Shown piece by piece: positions 28,437-38,155 of a stretch of 64,000 nucleotides of DNA. The position numbers were made by a program, and so were the translations under genes. Position 1 is the stretch's first letter. The number at the start of each line of letters is the position of its first letter. The notes under the pieces were generated by a model. The model saw only the letters and a program-made list of their open reading frames with translations. It searched no databases and had not been told where the DNA came from. The DNA comes from Verrucomicrobiota bacterium (GTDB lineage Bacteria; Verrucomicrobiota; Verrucomicrobiia; Opitutales; Intestinicryptomonadaceae), in assembly GCA_003343565.1 (NCBI GenBank), contig QALA01000079.1, forward strand, positions 2,937 to 66,936. Direction: 5' to 3'.

Positions 28437-29051
28437 TTAATCAATCTTTTTTTCCACAAAAATTTTTAATTTCCTCTGCCATATTGCAAAACCCAACGCG
28501 TTGTTAATCGTCTCGGAGCCGAAAGACTCGTCATAATCGCGAACGGAAACTTTTATGCTCTTCGGAAAGTCAAATCTGACGATGCTAATCGGCTCTTTGG
28601 CGTTGTAAATTTCCCGGCGCGTCAGATACTTAGCCGATTTGAAATCTGCGGCCGTACATGCGCAAACGTCGACTTTGTTTTCGCCGTTTCCGTAAAAATT
28701 GGAATATTTTACCCCGTCAATAACAAAGCTGCCGATATTTGAAACCGTCGCGAATCGATAAATAATTTCCGACTTCAGCGTCTCGTCAAGCTTCGCGTTG
28801 AGTTCGGAGATTTCGTTCTTCATTGTCTCCTCAAGTTCCCCCGCCGAAAAATCGCGCAGAATTTCAAAGAAATCCCCAAGTTTGCCGCCCCGCGGCGCGT
28901 CGTTGCCCTTTGTCGCCCACATCTTCGTGCAAGCATATTTGAGGGCGTCCAACTCTTCCGGGGAAATCGCCGACTCGTATTTTGCCCAACGACCGTCGTT
29001 CGCCTCCTTAAATAATCTTATTTTTTCGCCCTTTTGGTATTCTTTGTTCAT
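28437..29051 (-). CDS. Hypothetical cytoplasmic protein, low-GC orphan
   Basis: 204-aa ORF with protein-like composition and no TM or signal segment. No motif recognised. Hand-counted GC of five 60-nt blocks is 33-48%, versus about 63% in a neighbouring lpxD block. Confidence 0.7.
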   Translation of the reverse strand: MNKEYQKGEKIRLFKEANDGRWAKYESAISPEELDALKYACTKMWATKGNDAPRGGKLGDFFEILRDFSAGELEETMKNEISELNAKLDETLKSEIIYRFATVSNIGSFVIDGVKYSNFYGNGENKVDVCACTAADFKSAKYLTRREIYNAKEPISIVRFDFPKSIKVSVRDYDESFGSETINNALGFAIWQRKLKIFVEKKID

Positions 29052-29185
29052 TTTTTATCATTCTCTTTGCGCACTGATTTTTTTGTTTCCCATTAAGAAG
29101 AACCGCCCCTTTCATGGGCGGACGCACCATCAGGACCTATCTTTAAAAAATTATTTTGACGCGCGTTTTGATGGGGCGGTGAAGT

Positions 29186-29221
29186 ATTCGTCCCGTTAAG
29201 GCGGGACTCGGAATTTTTTTT
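29186..29221 (+). terminator. Orphan plus-strand intrinsic terminator (no plus-strand gene upstream)
   Basis: gtcccg-ttaagg-cgggac (29190-29207), extendable by ttc/gaa pairs, followed directly by T8 (29214-29221). Confidence 0.65.
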
Positions 29222-29260
29222 AGCCCGCGGCGCAAAATACCCCCTTATTAAGACGGACTC

Positions 29261-29287
29261 AAAAAACCGCGCATTCGGCAAATGCGC
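29261..29287 (-). terminator. Intrinsic terminator of the HIT-phoH-pgpH-lpxD transcription unit
   Basis: Minus strand reads gcgcatt-tgccg-aatgcgc (7-bp perfect stem) followed by ggTTTTTT. About 155 nt after the lpxD stop. Confidence 0.7.
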
Positions 29288-29441
29288 AGCTTTGCAAGCC
29301 GCACTGCCCGCCCTTTCCCGCGCGCGATAGGCATGAATGCAAAGCCGCGCAAAAAAATCAAATCCGAAGCCAAGCTAAAAAACGTTCGCAGGAGCTTTCG
29401 GCAAAGGCGCGCGCCCCGGCCTGTTTTCTCCCGTATCCCGT

Positions 29442-30491
29442 CTATTTTGCGAAGGTCTTTTTCTCGATATTTAGGGCTTTTTCCACGTCCTTAAGCCTGT
29501 CGAAGAAGTCGGGAAGCTTGTCTATGAGAACTTCGATTTTGTGCGCGTGCATATACGGACGCGGAGGCGTGCCGCGCATATAGGACTTCGGCGGAATGTT
29601 CCCGTTGACTCCGCTCTGGCCGCCTATCATGGCGCCGTCGCCTATGTTTATGTGCCCCGCTACCCCCGTCTGGCCGCCCAGCACCGCGTAATTGCCGATC
29701 TTCGTGCTTCCGGAAATTCCGACTTGGGAAACCAGAAGCGCGCCCCGCCCGATTTGCACGTTGTGCGCAATCTGGACGAGATTGTCGATCTTCGTTCCGG
29801 CTCCCACGCGGGTGGTGTCGAATCGGGCCCTGTCTATGCAGGTGTTTGCGCCTATGTCGACGTCGTCCTCAAGCTCCACGATTCCGACCTGCGGAATGCG
29901 CACATGCCTGCCGTCGATAAATTCGTATCCGTATCCGTCCGAACCTATCACGGCGCCGGACTGAAGCCGCACCCTCTTTCCGAGAATGCAGCGGTCCAAC
30001 ACCACGCTGTTGGGCATCAGGACGCAGTCCTCGCCGATTTTCACGCCGCGGCCGACGTAATTGTTGCCGTACAAGACGCACCCTTCCGCGATCTCCGCGC
30101 CCTCGCACACGACAACATTCGGCCCGATATAGGAATTGCGGCTGACCTTCGCGTTGCGGTCTATGACGGAGGTCGGGTGTATCGACGAATGGGGTTTCGC
30201 ATACAGTTCCCTTTCAATCAGCGCGCATATTTTGCCCAGCGCCATGGAGGGATTGTCAACCCGCACGACGGCCGCCCCTTCCGGAAGCTCCCCCTTGTAC
30301 GAGCGCGGAAGTATCACCGCCGAAGCCTTGGTCGACGGAACTTCGGCCGCGTACTTTTTATTGCCCAAAAAGGTCAGTTCGTTTTTCCCCGCCTTGTCGA
30401 GCGCGGCAATGCCGACGATTTCCACGTCGGCCGGCCCCGACACGTCGGGATTGTCAAAGAGTTTGACCAGTTCCGATAGTTTGCATTTCAT
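29442..30491 (-). CDS. lpxD: UDP-3-O-acylglucosamine N-acyltransferase
   Basis: Trimmed to ATG 30491 (MKCKLSELVKLFDNPDVSG...). N-terminal LpxD domain, long hexapeptide-repeat beta-helix, C-terminal helix. 349 aa. Confidence 0.9.
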   Translation of the reverse strand: MKCKLSELVKLFDNPDVSGPADVEIVGIAALDKAGKNELTFLGNKKYAAEVPSTKASAVILPRSYKGELPEGAAVVRVDNPSMALGKICALIERELYAKPHSSIHPTSVIDRNAKVSRNSYIGPNVVVCEGAEIAEGCVLYGNNYVGRGVKIGEDCVLMPNSVVLDRCILGKRVRLQSGAVIGSDGYGYEFIDGRHVRIPQVGIVELEDDVDIGANTCIDRARFDTTRVGAGTKIDNLVQIAHNVQIGRGALLVSQVGISGSTKIGNYAVLGGQTGVAGHINIGDGAMIGGQSGVNGNIPPKSYMRGTPPRPYMHAHKIEVLIDKLPDFFDRLKDVEKALNIEKKTFAK

Positions 30492-30496
30492 GGGAT

Positions 30497-32803
30497 TTAT
30501 TTTTTCGAGTTGTCGTAAGCCACTCTGGAATGGAGCATGTTCATCATCGTAAACGCGAAACTCGCCTTGATTTTGGAAAGCTGCCTTATTGTTATCGGGC
30601 ACTCGTCCAGCTGGCCGTCGTTCATCTTTGCGCGGACAATCGAGTCTATGAGCTCCTCGATTCCGTGCTGCGTCAGGCGCTTGAGCGAGCGCGACGCGGC
30701 CTCGCACGAATCCGCAAGCATTATTATGGCGTTTTCGACGGTCTGGGGCTTGACTCCGTCGTGGCGGTAGGTGCTCTCGTCAACAGTTGTCTCGATCGCC
30801 CCAGGCACGGCGTCCTCCGCGCCGGCGCTCTCGGCAAGCTTCAGCGCCTTGTTGTAGAAATAGGCGATAATTGAGGTCCCGTGATGCTGGCTTATCGCGT
30901 CTATCACCTGCTTCGGGAGCTTGGACATGCGCGCCAATTCGATTCCCTCCTTGATGTGGCTCTTTATTATTAGCGCGCTCATAGACGGATTCTGCTCGTC
31001 GTGCGGGTTTCTGGCGCCGCCCTGATTTTCCGAAAAGAACTCCGGCTTGACGATTTTTCCTATGTCGTGATAGAGCGCGCCTATCCTGCACACCAATGCG
31101 TTTACCCCCACGGCCGCCGCCGCCTGCTCGGCCAGATACGACACCATTACGCTGTGGTGGTACGTTCCGGGAGCCTCTATCTGAAGGCGCCTGAGGAGCG
31201 GATTGTTGAAGTCGGTAAAGTCGAGCAGCGTGATGTTGGAATACTGGTTGAACACCCTCTCTATTATGGGGAGTAGCCCGACCGATATAAAGCCGGTCAA
31301 TATTCCCGCAATCAGGGCCATCAGGGCCTGGCGCAAATATATTTCGGCCGGGACTCCGGAAGTCCAGCCTATCGTCAGCGCAAAAAGCGCTATAAAAGCC
31401 CCGTATATCGCGCCTCCCAAAACGACGCTCGAACGCGACGACGCCGTGTTGCAAAAGAAAATCGCAAGCAGCGCCGAAACCAAAAACAGCACGAAGAATA
31501 TGACCCCCTCGCCTATCATCATCGCCGTGAGCGCGGACACCAGCAGCGCCATGACAAACCCCGTGTACGCGCCGAACAGCAAGACTTGAATTATCGGCCC
31601 GACCATTATCGGCGTCACATAGGTCAAAATTTGCAAAAAAGTTATTTCCGTATTGAAATAACCCGCGTTGGAAAAGTGTATTATCAGACGCTCAACGCCC
31701 AGATTGAGAAGAAGCAGCGTCGAGAAAATCGCTATCGTGCGCGGGCGCCTGTTCTTGTTTGTCTTGCTTATGGTTATGAACAGCGTTGCCGCCATGACCA
31801 GCAGGAACGACGCCATGAACTCGATGAAACTGCGCGTTCTGGAGTAGTCGAAATTGTCGCTGCGCTTCGACAGCTCCCTGCGGTAGGCGCGCATCTTTTC
31901 CGTGGCAATCGGAGTGTTGGCCGAATTGGAATCGACGAGAGTCTCCCCGCTGAACACGCGCACCAACACGGGCTGGACTTTCATGCGCGCCTCGTCGCGG
32001 CGAAGCTTTGTGGTCTCGGCGTCGAAGTCTATGTCGGGGCGAATCTCCTGGTTAAGCGCCCTATATATCGCATACGTCAGCTGCTCGTTGAGGCCGAGAG
32101 ACTTGACTCTGTCCAAAAACGCCGCGCGCGCGCGCGACTCGTTGCGCGTCTGCGAATTTTGCACGCCCTCGACGTTCGTCAAGCCGCGCGAGGCCGAAAA
32201 CACCGAGTCTCCGTCCTGATAGACCCCGTCCTTCAAGATGTTCAAAAGGTGGAATTTCGCCTGCCGAAAAATGTTCGTCCGCCTCTTTTGGTCGGTTTGG
32301 TCGTATATCGTTCGCACGTCGTCGGGGCTGACGTTCATCAGGCACCGCTGGCGTATGGAGGAGCTCACCATGTCGTAAAAGGCGTTTGAAAGCCTGTCGT
32401 CGGCCGATAGGCTGTCGTAGTCCTCCTGCGAATCGTTCAATGTCGAAAGCAGCGCGCGCACCCTGTTGTTTACCGCGTCCACATACCCGGAATTTATCTT
32501 GTATATGGGGGCGACGCGCTCGGCCAGCTGGTCGCGCTTGGACTGCGTGAGGGAGTCGCTTACAAACGAAAAGTCGAACGGCGATATAATGTTTACCCTG
32601 GCGGCCTTGTTCGGCAACAGATGCGGAACGATGACCGGCTTGTACGCAAAGCACACCATGTACACCAAAAACGACATGGCCAGCACCACCAGCGCAATGA
32701 CCGGATACCTGTACCGCCTGAATTTGGACCTCCCGGCCGACGGCTCTATCTTGCGCTTGATTATGTCGGCGCGATACTTCTTTATGTTTGACAGAACCCT
32801 CAT
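30497..32803 (-). CDS. 7TM-receptor/HD-domain phosphohydrolase (PgpH/YqfF-like, HDIG)
   Basis: N-terminal extracellular region, 7 TM helices, C-terminal HD domain with HHSVMVS...ALYHDIGK. 4-nt ATGA overlap with phoH and 5-nt gap to lpxD. Confidence 0.85.
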   Translation of the reverse strand: MRVLSNIKKYRADIIKRKIEPSAGRSKFRRYRYPVIALVVLAMSFLVYMVCFAYKPVIVPHLLPNKAARVNIISPFDFSFVSDSLTQSKRDQLAERVAPIYKINSGYVDAVNNRVRALLSTLNDSQEDYDSLSADDRLSNAFYDMVSSSIRQRCLMNVSPDDVRTIYDQTDQKRRTNIFRQAKFHLLNILKDGVYQDGDSVFSASRGLTNVEGVQNSQTRNESRARAAFLDRVKSLGLNEQLTYAIYRALNQEIRPDIDFDAETTKLRRDEARMKVQPVLVRVFSGETLVDSNSANTPIATEKMRAYRRELSKRSDNFDYSRTRSFIEFMASFLLVMAATLFITISKTNKNRRPRTIAIFSTLLLLNLGVERLIIHFSNAGYFNTEITFLQILTYVTPIMVGPIIQVLLFGAYTGFVMALLVSALTAMMIGEGVIFFVLFLVSALLAIFFCNTASSRSSVVLGGAIYGAFIALFALTIGWTSGVPAEIYLRQALMALIAGILTGFISVGLLPIIERVFNQYSNITLLDFTDFNNPLLRRLQIEAPGTYHHSVMVSYLAEQAAAAVGVNALVCRIGALYHDIGKIVKPEFFSENQGGARNPHDEQNPSMSALIIKSHIKEGIELARMSKLPKQVIDAISQHHGTSIIAYFYNKALKLAESAGAEDAVPGAIETTVDESTYRHDGVKPQTVENAIIMLADSCEAASRSLKRLTQHGIEELIDSIVRAKMNDGQLDECPITIRQLSKIKASFAFTMMNMLHSRVAYDNSKK

Positions 32804-33750
32804 TGTTCGAGACTCGCCTTGTAGGCGTTTACAATCTTCGTGACGAGCGGGTGGCGCACCACGTCGTCGGCTTCAAAGAAGAAAATCTTTATTCCGTCTA
32901 TGCCGCCAAGAATTTCGACCGCGCCCTTCAGCCCCGACTTCTTGTGCCGCGGCAGGTCTATTTGCGTTATGTCGCCGGTGACTATCATTCTTGAGCCCTC
33001 TCCGAGGCGCGTCAAAAACATCATCATTTGCTCCATAGTGGTGTTCTGCGCCTCGTCGAGAATTATAAACGCGTTTGAGAGCGTCCGCCCGCGCATGTAT
33101 GCCAACGGGGCTATCTCTATGACTTTGCGCTCCATGAGGCGCGCCGTGTCCTCCGGGCCTATCATGTCGTACATTGCGTCGTAGAGGGGGCGCAGGTACG
33201 GCAGGAGCTTCTCCTGCAAATCTCCGGGCAGAAAGCCCAGGGCCTCGCCGGCCTCGACAGCCGGGCGCGTAAGAATCACCTTTTCGACCGCCTTGTCCTG
33301 AAGCGACTTCATTGCCGCGGCCACCGCCAAGTAGGTCTTTCCCGTGCCGGCCGGCCCCACCCCGAACACAATGTCGTTTTCGGAGATCGCCCGCAAGTAG
33401 CGCTTCTGATTGATGTTTTTCGGCACAATGCTCTTGCGCTTCAAATTCATCACGATGGGATTTTCAAACACCCGGATTATGTCCGACAATTTTCCGGACG
33501 CCGCGCGCTCCACCATACTGCGGAAATCCGAATTGCCTATCTTCATTCCCTGTTTTCTCGCCGCGGCCATGGTCTCGAAAAACTTCGATGCCGCCTCCAC
33601 TTTTTCCGCGTCGCCCTCGAACCTTATCCACGCGTCGCGCGTGACAATCTTGACGCCGAACTTTTCCTGGGCGAGCTCTATGTTGTCGGGACGGCCGCAA
33701 TAGGTGTCGGCAAGTTGCGCCGCATTGTCGAAGTTTATAGTGTTGTCCAT
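32800..33750 (-). CDS. phoH: PhoH-family ATPase
   Basis: Walker A GPAGTGKT, Walker B FIILDEAQN, typical PhoH length (316 aa). Confidence 0.9.
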   Translation of the reverse strand: MDNTINFDNAAQLADTYCGRPDNIELAQEKFGVKIVTRDAWIRFEGDAEKVEAASKFFETMAAARKQGMKIGNSDFRSMVERAASGKLSDIIRVFENPIVMNLKRKSIVPKNINQKRYLRAISENDIVFGVGPAGTGKTYLAVAAAMKSLQDKAVEKVILTRPAVEAGEALGFLPGDLQEKLLPYLRPLYDAMYDMIGPEDTARLMERKVIEIAPLAYMRGRTLSNAFIILDEAQNTTMEQMMMFLTRLGEGSRMIVTGDITQIDLPRHKKSGLKGAVEILGGIDGIKIFFFEADDVVRHPLVTKIVNAYKASLEQ

Positions 33751-33753
33751 ATT

Positions 33754-34320
33754 TTACGTTCCGGATTTTTTTGAGCGGACGCGGCGCGCGCGTTTGGCCG
33801 CTTTTTTTGCGGGAGCCTTAAGAATCCCCGAAAAGCGCGCAAGGCGTCTCCAAAGTTCGTCCATAGCCTCCGGAAGCACGCGAGTGTCGGATATTACGGG
33901 CATGAAATTCGTGTCGCCGTCCCAGCGCGGAACGACGTGGCAATGGAGGTGCTGCGGAATCCCCGCGCCCGCCTTTGAACCCAGGTTGAAGCCGATATTG
34001 AATCCGTCCGGCTTCATTGCGCGGGCAAGTATTGACTTCGCCCTGATTACGGCGTCGAAAAACTCCCTGCGCTCCGCAGGCCCAAGCTTTTCAATGTCCC
34101 CGACTTCGCGCTTGGGAAGCACCAGCAAATGCCCGCAGTTGTACGGAAATTTATTCATCACTATAAAGCAGGTGCGGCCCTTCCAGAGAATGCGGTACTT
34201 TGCGTAATCTCTCGACTTGGCCATTTCCGCAAAGGGGTTTCCGCCGCTTTTGCCGGAGTCGTCCCTCGGTTTGGGGGCTTCGACATAGGCCATGCGCCAA
34301 TATGAATGAAGTCTCTGCAT
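33754..34320 (-). CDS. HIT-family nucleotide hydrolase/transferase with basic C-terminal tail
   Basis: Histidine triad QHLHCHVVPRW. 188 aa. The last ~24 residues (GILKAPAKKAAKRARRVRSKKSGT) are Lys/Arg/Ala-rich. 3-nt gap to phoH. Confidence 0.85.
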   Translation of the reverse strand: MQRLHSYWRMAYVEAPKPRDDSGKSGGNPFAEMAKSRDYAKYRILWKGRTCFIVMNKFPYNCGHLLVLPKREVGDIEKLGPAERREFFDAVIRAKSILARAMKPDGFNIGFNLGSKAGAGIPQHLHCHVVPRWDGDTNFMPVISDTRVLPEAMDELWRRLARFSGILKAPAKKAAKRARRVRSKKSGT

Positions 34321-34781
34321 ATTTAATTTACTCTTTCATTCAACCACAGCGCCCCCTTTTTTTCAAGCATTTAAAAATTCCGCGGCTTCCGCGCCGAACG
34401 GGGATTGGAAAGAGCGGCGGCGGCGTAAAAATTAGGCATCTGACGGACTTGCCGTAAAATTCTTTGGCCCCGCGCGTCGGCGCGTAAAAATGCCCACACG
34501 GCCCCAGACTCCGTTCCCAAGAAACGGGTGCAGCGCACGTTTGGGAATCGGCATTTTTATGCCGGCAATTCGCCTTTGGTCGACAACTTACCGGATTTGG
34601 AAAAATCCGCCGAAACCTCATGCGCCTTTGCGCCCGCCTTCCGAAATGTCGCCGCAGCAGCGGCGGTCGGTCGGATTTCGTCTCCGACATTACAAACCTC
34701 TCCGGCAAATTCCGCGTCCGCCGGAAAAGCGGACGCCTTTGCAAAAAAACACGCCTTTCGAACAAAAAAGCTTGCGGCGCG

Positions 34782-35378
34782 TCAGGCAAAATTCAATTTT
34801 GCAAAAACCAGCACGGGAGAGATCGGATTCGACCAGTCGGCCGACATCTCATATTCGAATCCGCCGCGCGTAAAGAAATCCCGAACCGCGCAAAATTCCT
34901 CCTCGCCGCCCGCATGTCCGCGGTAGCACAAGACGCTCACAATGCACCCTGCCGGATCGCATATGCGCCCGACCGCCTCCAGAGCCGCTACAGTCCCTGA
35001 CGCGGACGTGACCACCGACTTGTCGGAAGTCGGAAGCCAGCCGAGATTGAAAAACGCCGCCCCGATTTTTCCGCGCGCGCGCTCCGGAAGCAGCGTCTCC
35101 ATATCGGCGTGCGAAGCCCGAAAAAATTTCGCGCGCGCCCCGGCGGCGGAAAAACTATCCGTCGAGACGGCGAGCCCCTTCGACTCGAAAAGCCTCCTGC
35201 TCTCCTCAATGGCGCGCGCCTGAACGTCGAATCCGAAAAGTTCCCCGTCCCCGTCAAGCAGTGACATCGCAAAGAGCGCGTCGCGCCCACGTCCCAGCGT
35301 CGCGTCGACGGCAAAGCGGAGCTTCCGCCCCCCCAACGCCTCCGCAAGCTTAATGTGCGACAACTCGGTAAAATTCAT
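34782..35378 (-). CDS. Class I SAM-dependent methyltransferase, YtqB/MnmM-like (putative tRNA/rRNA methylase family)
   Basis: VDATLGRGRD (SAM motif I), FGFDVQ, AAFFNLGWLPTSDKSVVT and YRGHAGGEEE are colinear with my recollection of B. subtilis YtqB (VIDATMGNGHD ... AAVFNLGYLPGGDKSITT ... YHGHPEGKAE). Confidence 0.75.
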   Translation of the reverse strand: MNFTELSHIKLAEALGGRKLRFAVDATLGRGRDALFAMSLLDGDGELFGFDVQARAIEESRRLFESKGLAVSTDSFSAAGARAKFFRASHADMETLLPERARGKIGAAFFNLGWLPTSDKSVVTSASGTVAALEAVGRICDPAGCIVSVLCYRGHAGGEEEFCAVRDFFTRGGFEYEMSADWSNPISPVLVFAKLNFA

Positions 35379-35990
35379 AATTGCAATTCCGCGCGATTGA
35401 AAAACCGGCCCTAAAACGCCGCATTAATAAGTCCAAATCTCCGCCCCCTCGCAGTCTCCGCGCCGACAGATCCGAAAAAGCGCAAGCCGTCCGACATATT
35501 CCAAATCGCGCCTAAAACATCGAACGCCGAATGCGAAATGCCGTAAGGCTTCCCGCCTCTCCGTCCCGAACGGCGACGCCGACGCAATCTCCGCCCGAAC
35601 GCGCCGCGGCGCACAAAGCGGACATGGCATTCCGCGCCCCGAAATATCCTTCTGAAAAATCCGCCTTCAAATTAACGCTCCGCACGATTGCGCGCCCAAG
35701 CCTCCGCGCCCGACAAAAAAGCCCGTCGGCAAATTCCATAAAAAACAGCATTTTTTTTCAAACATGAAATGGCGGCAAAAAAATCCGATTATCCGAACGC
35801 GCGCGCCGCGCGGCTTTCAAGAGTCGAAACGCCTTGGCAAAAAACGCCGCCGCGCAACCGCATACTCCCTCGGCGGAAAACGCCGCAACGCCGATTCCCG
35901 CAGACCTGCGCCAATTCCCGCAAACCCCGCAAAGCGAACGCACAAAACGCGCTGAAAGTGCGACTTTGTACAGTTTTTTCGGAATCGGCT

Positions 35991-36767
35991 TCAGGCCAGC
36001 CCGCGCTCGGTCTGCCCGCGCGCAAAATCCAAAATCATTTTTATTACGCGGGATTGCGAACTGTCGCGCGCGGCCAGCTCCTCGATTGCGCACGGGCGGG
36101 AAAGCCTGCGCTTGTACAGCAACTTGAACGCGCTGTAAACCATGTCTATCTCGTCCGACGTAAATCCGTTGCGCTGCATGTTGATTTTGTTTATCGCGCA
36201 AATTTCGGCCGGAGAGCCGTCCGCCATAAAAAACGGAAGAAGGTCTTTGACCAACTTGGAACTCGCGCTCAACATGGAATACGCCCCGATTCGGCAAAAC
36301 TGGTGCGCGCCGCTGCCCCATCCGATTACGGCGTTGTCCTCGACAACCACGTGCCCTCCGAGCGCCGCATGCGAGCTCATTACCACGTTGTTTCCGACGG
36401 TGCAATCGTGCGCTATGTGACTGTAAGCCAATATGTTGTTGTTGTCGCCTATCACGGTAAAATCTCCGTCTCCGGTGGCCAGATGCGCCGTGGTGTATTC
36501 CCGAAACACATTGCCGTCGCCTATCTTCAAGCCGGCCCGTCCGCCCTTGTATTTTAGGTCGTGCGTCATTCCGCCTATGAACGCGTAGGGGAAAATGCGG
36601 TTGTTGCGCCCTATGAACGAATATCCGTCCACAGTCGCGTGATGGGCGACTACCGTTCCCGAACCTATGCGCACTTGGGAACCGATGTAGGCGTACGCGC
36701 CGACTTCGACGTTTTCGTCGAGCTGCGCGCCTTTTTCTATGATGGCCGTGGGGTGTATCTTTGACAT
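35991..36767 (-). CDS. lpxA: Acyl-ACP--UDP-N-acetylglucosamine O-acyltransferase
   Basis: Trimmed to ATG 36767 (MSKIHPTAIIEKGAQLDENVEVGAYAYIG). Hexapeptide beta-helix plus C-terminal helical domain. 258 aa. Confidence 0.9.
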   Translation of the reverse strand: MSKIHPTAIIEKGAQLDENVEVGAYAYIGSQVRIGSGTVVAHHATVDGYSFIGRNNRIFPYAFIGGMTHDLKYKGGRAGLKIGDGNVFREYTTAHLATGDGDFTVIGDNNNILAYSHIAHDCTVGNNVVMSSHAALGGHVVVEDNAVIGWGSGAHQFCRIGAYSMLSASSKLVKDLLPFFMADGSPAEICAINKINMQRNGFTSDEIDMVYSAFKLLYKRRLSRPCAIEELAARDSSQSRVIKMILDFARGQTERGLA

Positions 36768-36820
36768 GTCGAACTTAAATTGCCGCGCCTGGGGCTTCGG
36801 AGAAAAAGCGGGAAAGCCCC

Positions 36821-38155
36821 CTACGGAGCCTCCGTCGCGTTCAATACGGTAAACATGAGATCCGCGCTTGACACCACCTTGCCGTCGACCATGCACTCCG
36901 CGCTTGCGCACGCGATTTTGTCGCCGCGCGACTTCGTGATTTTGACGGATATCTCAAGCTGGTCGCCGGGCTTTACCGCCCTGCGGAACTTGACTTTGTC
37001 GGCGCTCATGAAGAAGGCGAGTTTGTCCTCTCCGTCGATGTGGCGGAGCATGAGTATTCCCGCCGCCTGCGCCATGGCCTCAAGCTGAAGAACTCCGGGC
37101 ATGACGGGATTCCCCGGAAAGTGCCCCTGAAAAAACGGCTCGTTTATCGTGACGTTTTTTATGGCCGTCAGCTCCATATCTCCGCGCGACTCCGTCACCC
37201 TGTCTATCAGCACAAACGGATAGCGGTGCGGCAAAAGCTCCAAGATTCTGCGCGTGTCCAGGGCCGCCTCCGTAAAAATCTTGGGCTTTTTCGACGACGC
37301 CGGCTTTGCGGGCGGCGCGGACTTCAGACGCTCCATCTGCTCGTAAATTTTCATCGTCAGCTTGGCGTTTAACGCATGTCCGGGACGCACCGCCACTATG
37401 TGCGCCTTCAGCGGAAGGCCCAGCAGGGCGATATCGCCGACTATGTCGAGAATCTTGTGCCGCACAAACTCGTCCTGATAGCGCAGGGGCTCCTTCGATA
37501 TTATTTTGTCCCCCTTGATGACTATCGCGCTGTCGAGACTGCCGCCCTGAATTTTTCCGAGCTTTAAAAGCTCCTCTATGTCCTCGTAAATCGTGAATGT
37601 GCGCGCCGGGGCCACGCCCGCCTGGTACGATTCCGGATCTATGTCCATCGACAGGTGCTGCGTATGAATACCCCTGTCGTCGGCCGAGGTGCAGGTGATT
37701 TTCAGCCCGTCGTACGGAAGCGCGATTATCGAGCGGTTCCCCTCGGAAACGGAAACGGGCTCGCGCAGTTCAAAGAAGCTGCGCTCCGCCGACTGCTCGA
37801 CCGGCTCGCACTCCTGAATCAAATTCACAAACAGCTTTGACGACCCGTCCAGAATCGGCGGCTCCGCGGCATTCATTTCGACTATGCAGTTGTCCACCCC
37901 CATGCCCGAAAGCGCGCTGAGAACGTGCTCGATCGTATGCAGCTGCGTGTGTCCGGATTTCACCCCCGTGCTGCGGACGAGATCGTTTACCAAACTTATG
38001 TGGGGCTTTACTTCGGGATTGCCGAATATGTCCCTCCTCCTGAACACGATGCCGGTATTTTCCGGCGCCGGCTTCAGCGTCATCGTCACTTGCGCGGCCG
38101 AGTGCAAAGCCGTTCCGTTTATGCTTCCTTCTCTAAGTATGGTACGCTGTTTCAT
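36821..38155 (-). CDS. lpxC/fabZ: Bifunctional UDP-3-O-acyl-GlcNAc deacetylase / 3-hydroxyacyl-ACP dehydratase (LpxC-FabZ fusion)
   Basis: The N-terminal ~280 aa are LpxC-like (GIVFRR..., [14 protein letters not shown]). The C-terminal ~150 aa are FabZ ([30 protein letters not shown]). 444 aa in a single ORF. Confidence 0.92.
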   Translation of the reverse strand: MKQRTILREGSINGTALHSAAQVTMTLKPAPENTGIVFRRRDIFGNPEVKPHISLVNDLVRSTGVKSGHTQLHTIEHVLSALSGMGVDNCIVEMNAAEPPILDGSSKLFVNLIQECEPVEQSAERSFFELREPVSVSEGNRSIIALPYDGLKITCTSADDRGIHTQHLSMDIDPESYQAGVAPARTFTIYEDIEELLKLGKIQGGSLDSAIVIKGDKIISKEPLRYQDEFVRHKILDIVGDIALLGLPLKAHIVAVRPGHALNAKLTMKIYEQMERLKSAPPAKPASSKKPKIFTEAALDTRRILELLPHRYPFVLIDRVTESRGDMELTAIKNVTINEPFFQGHFPGNPVMPGVLQLEAMAQAAGILMLRHIDGEDKLAFFMSADKVKFRRAVKPGDQLEISVKITKSRGDKIACASAECMVDGKVVSSADLMFTVLNATEAP

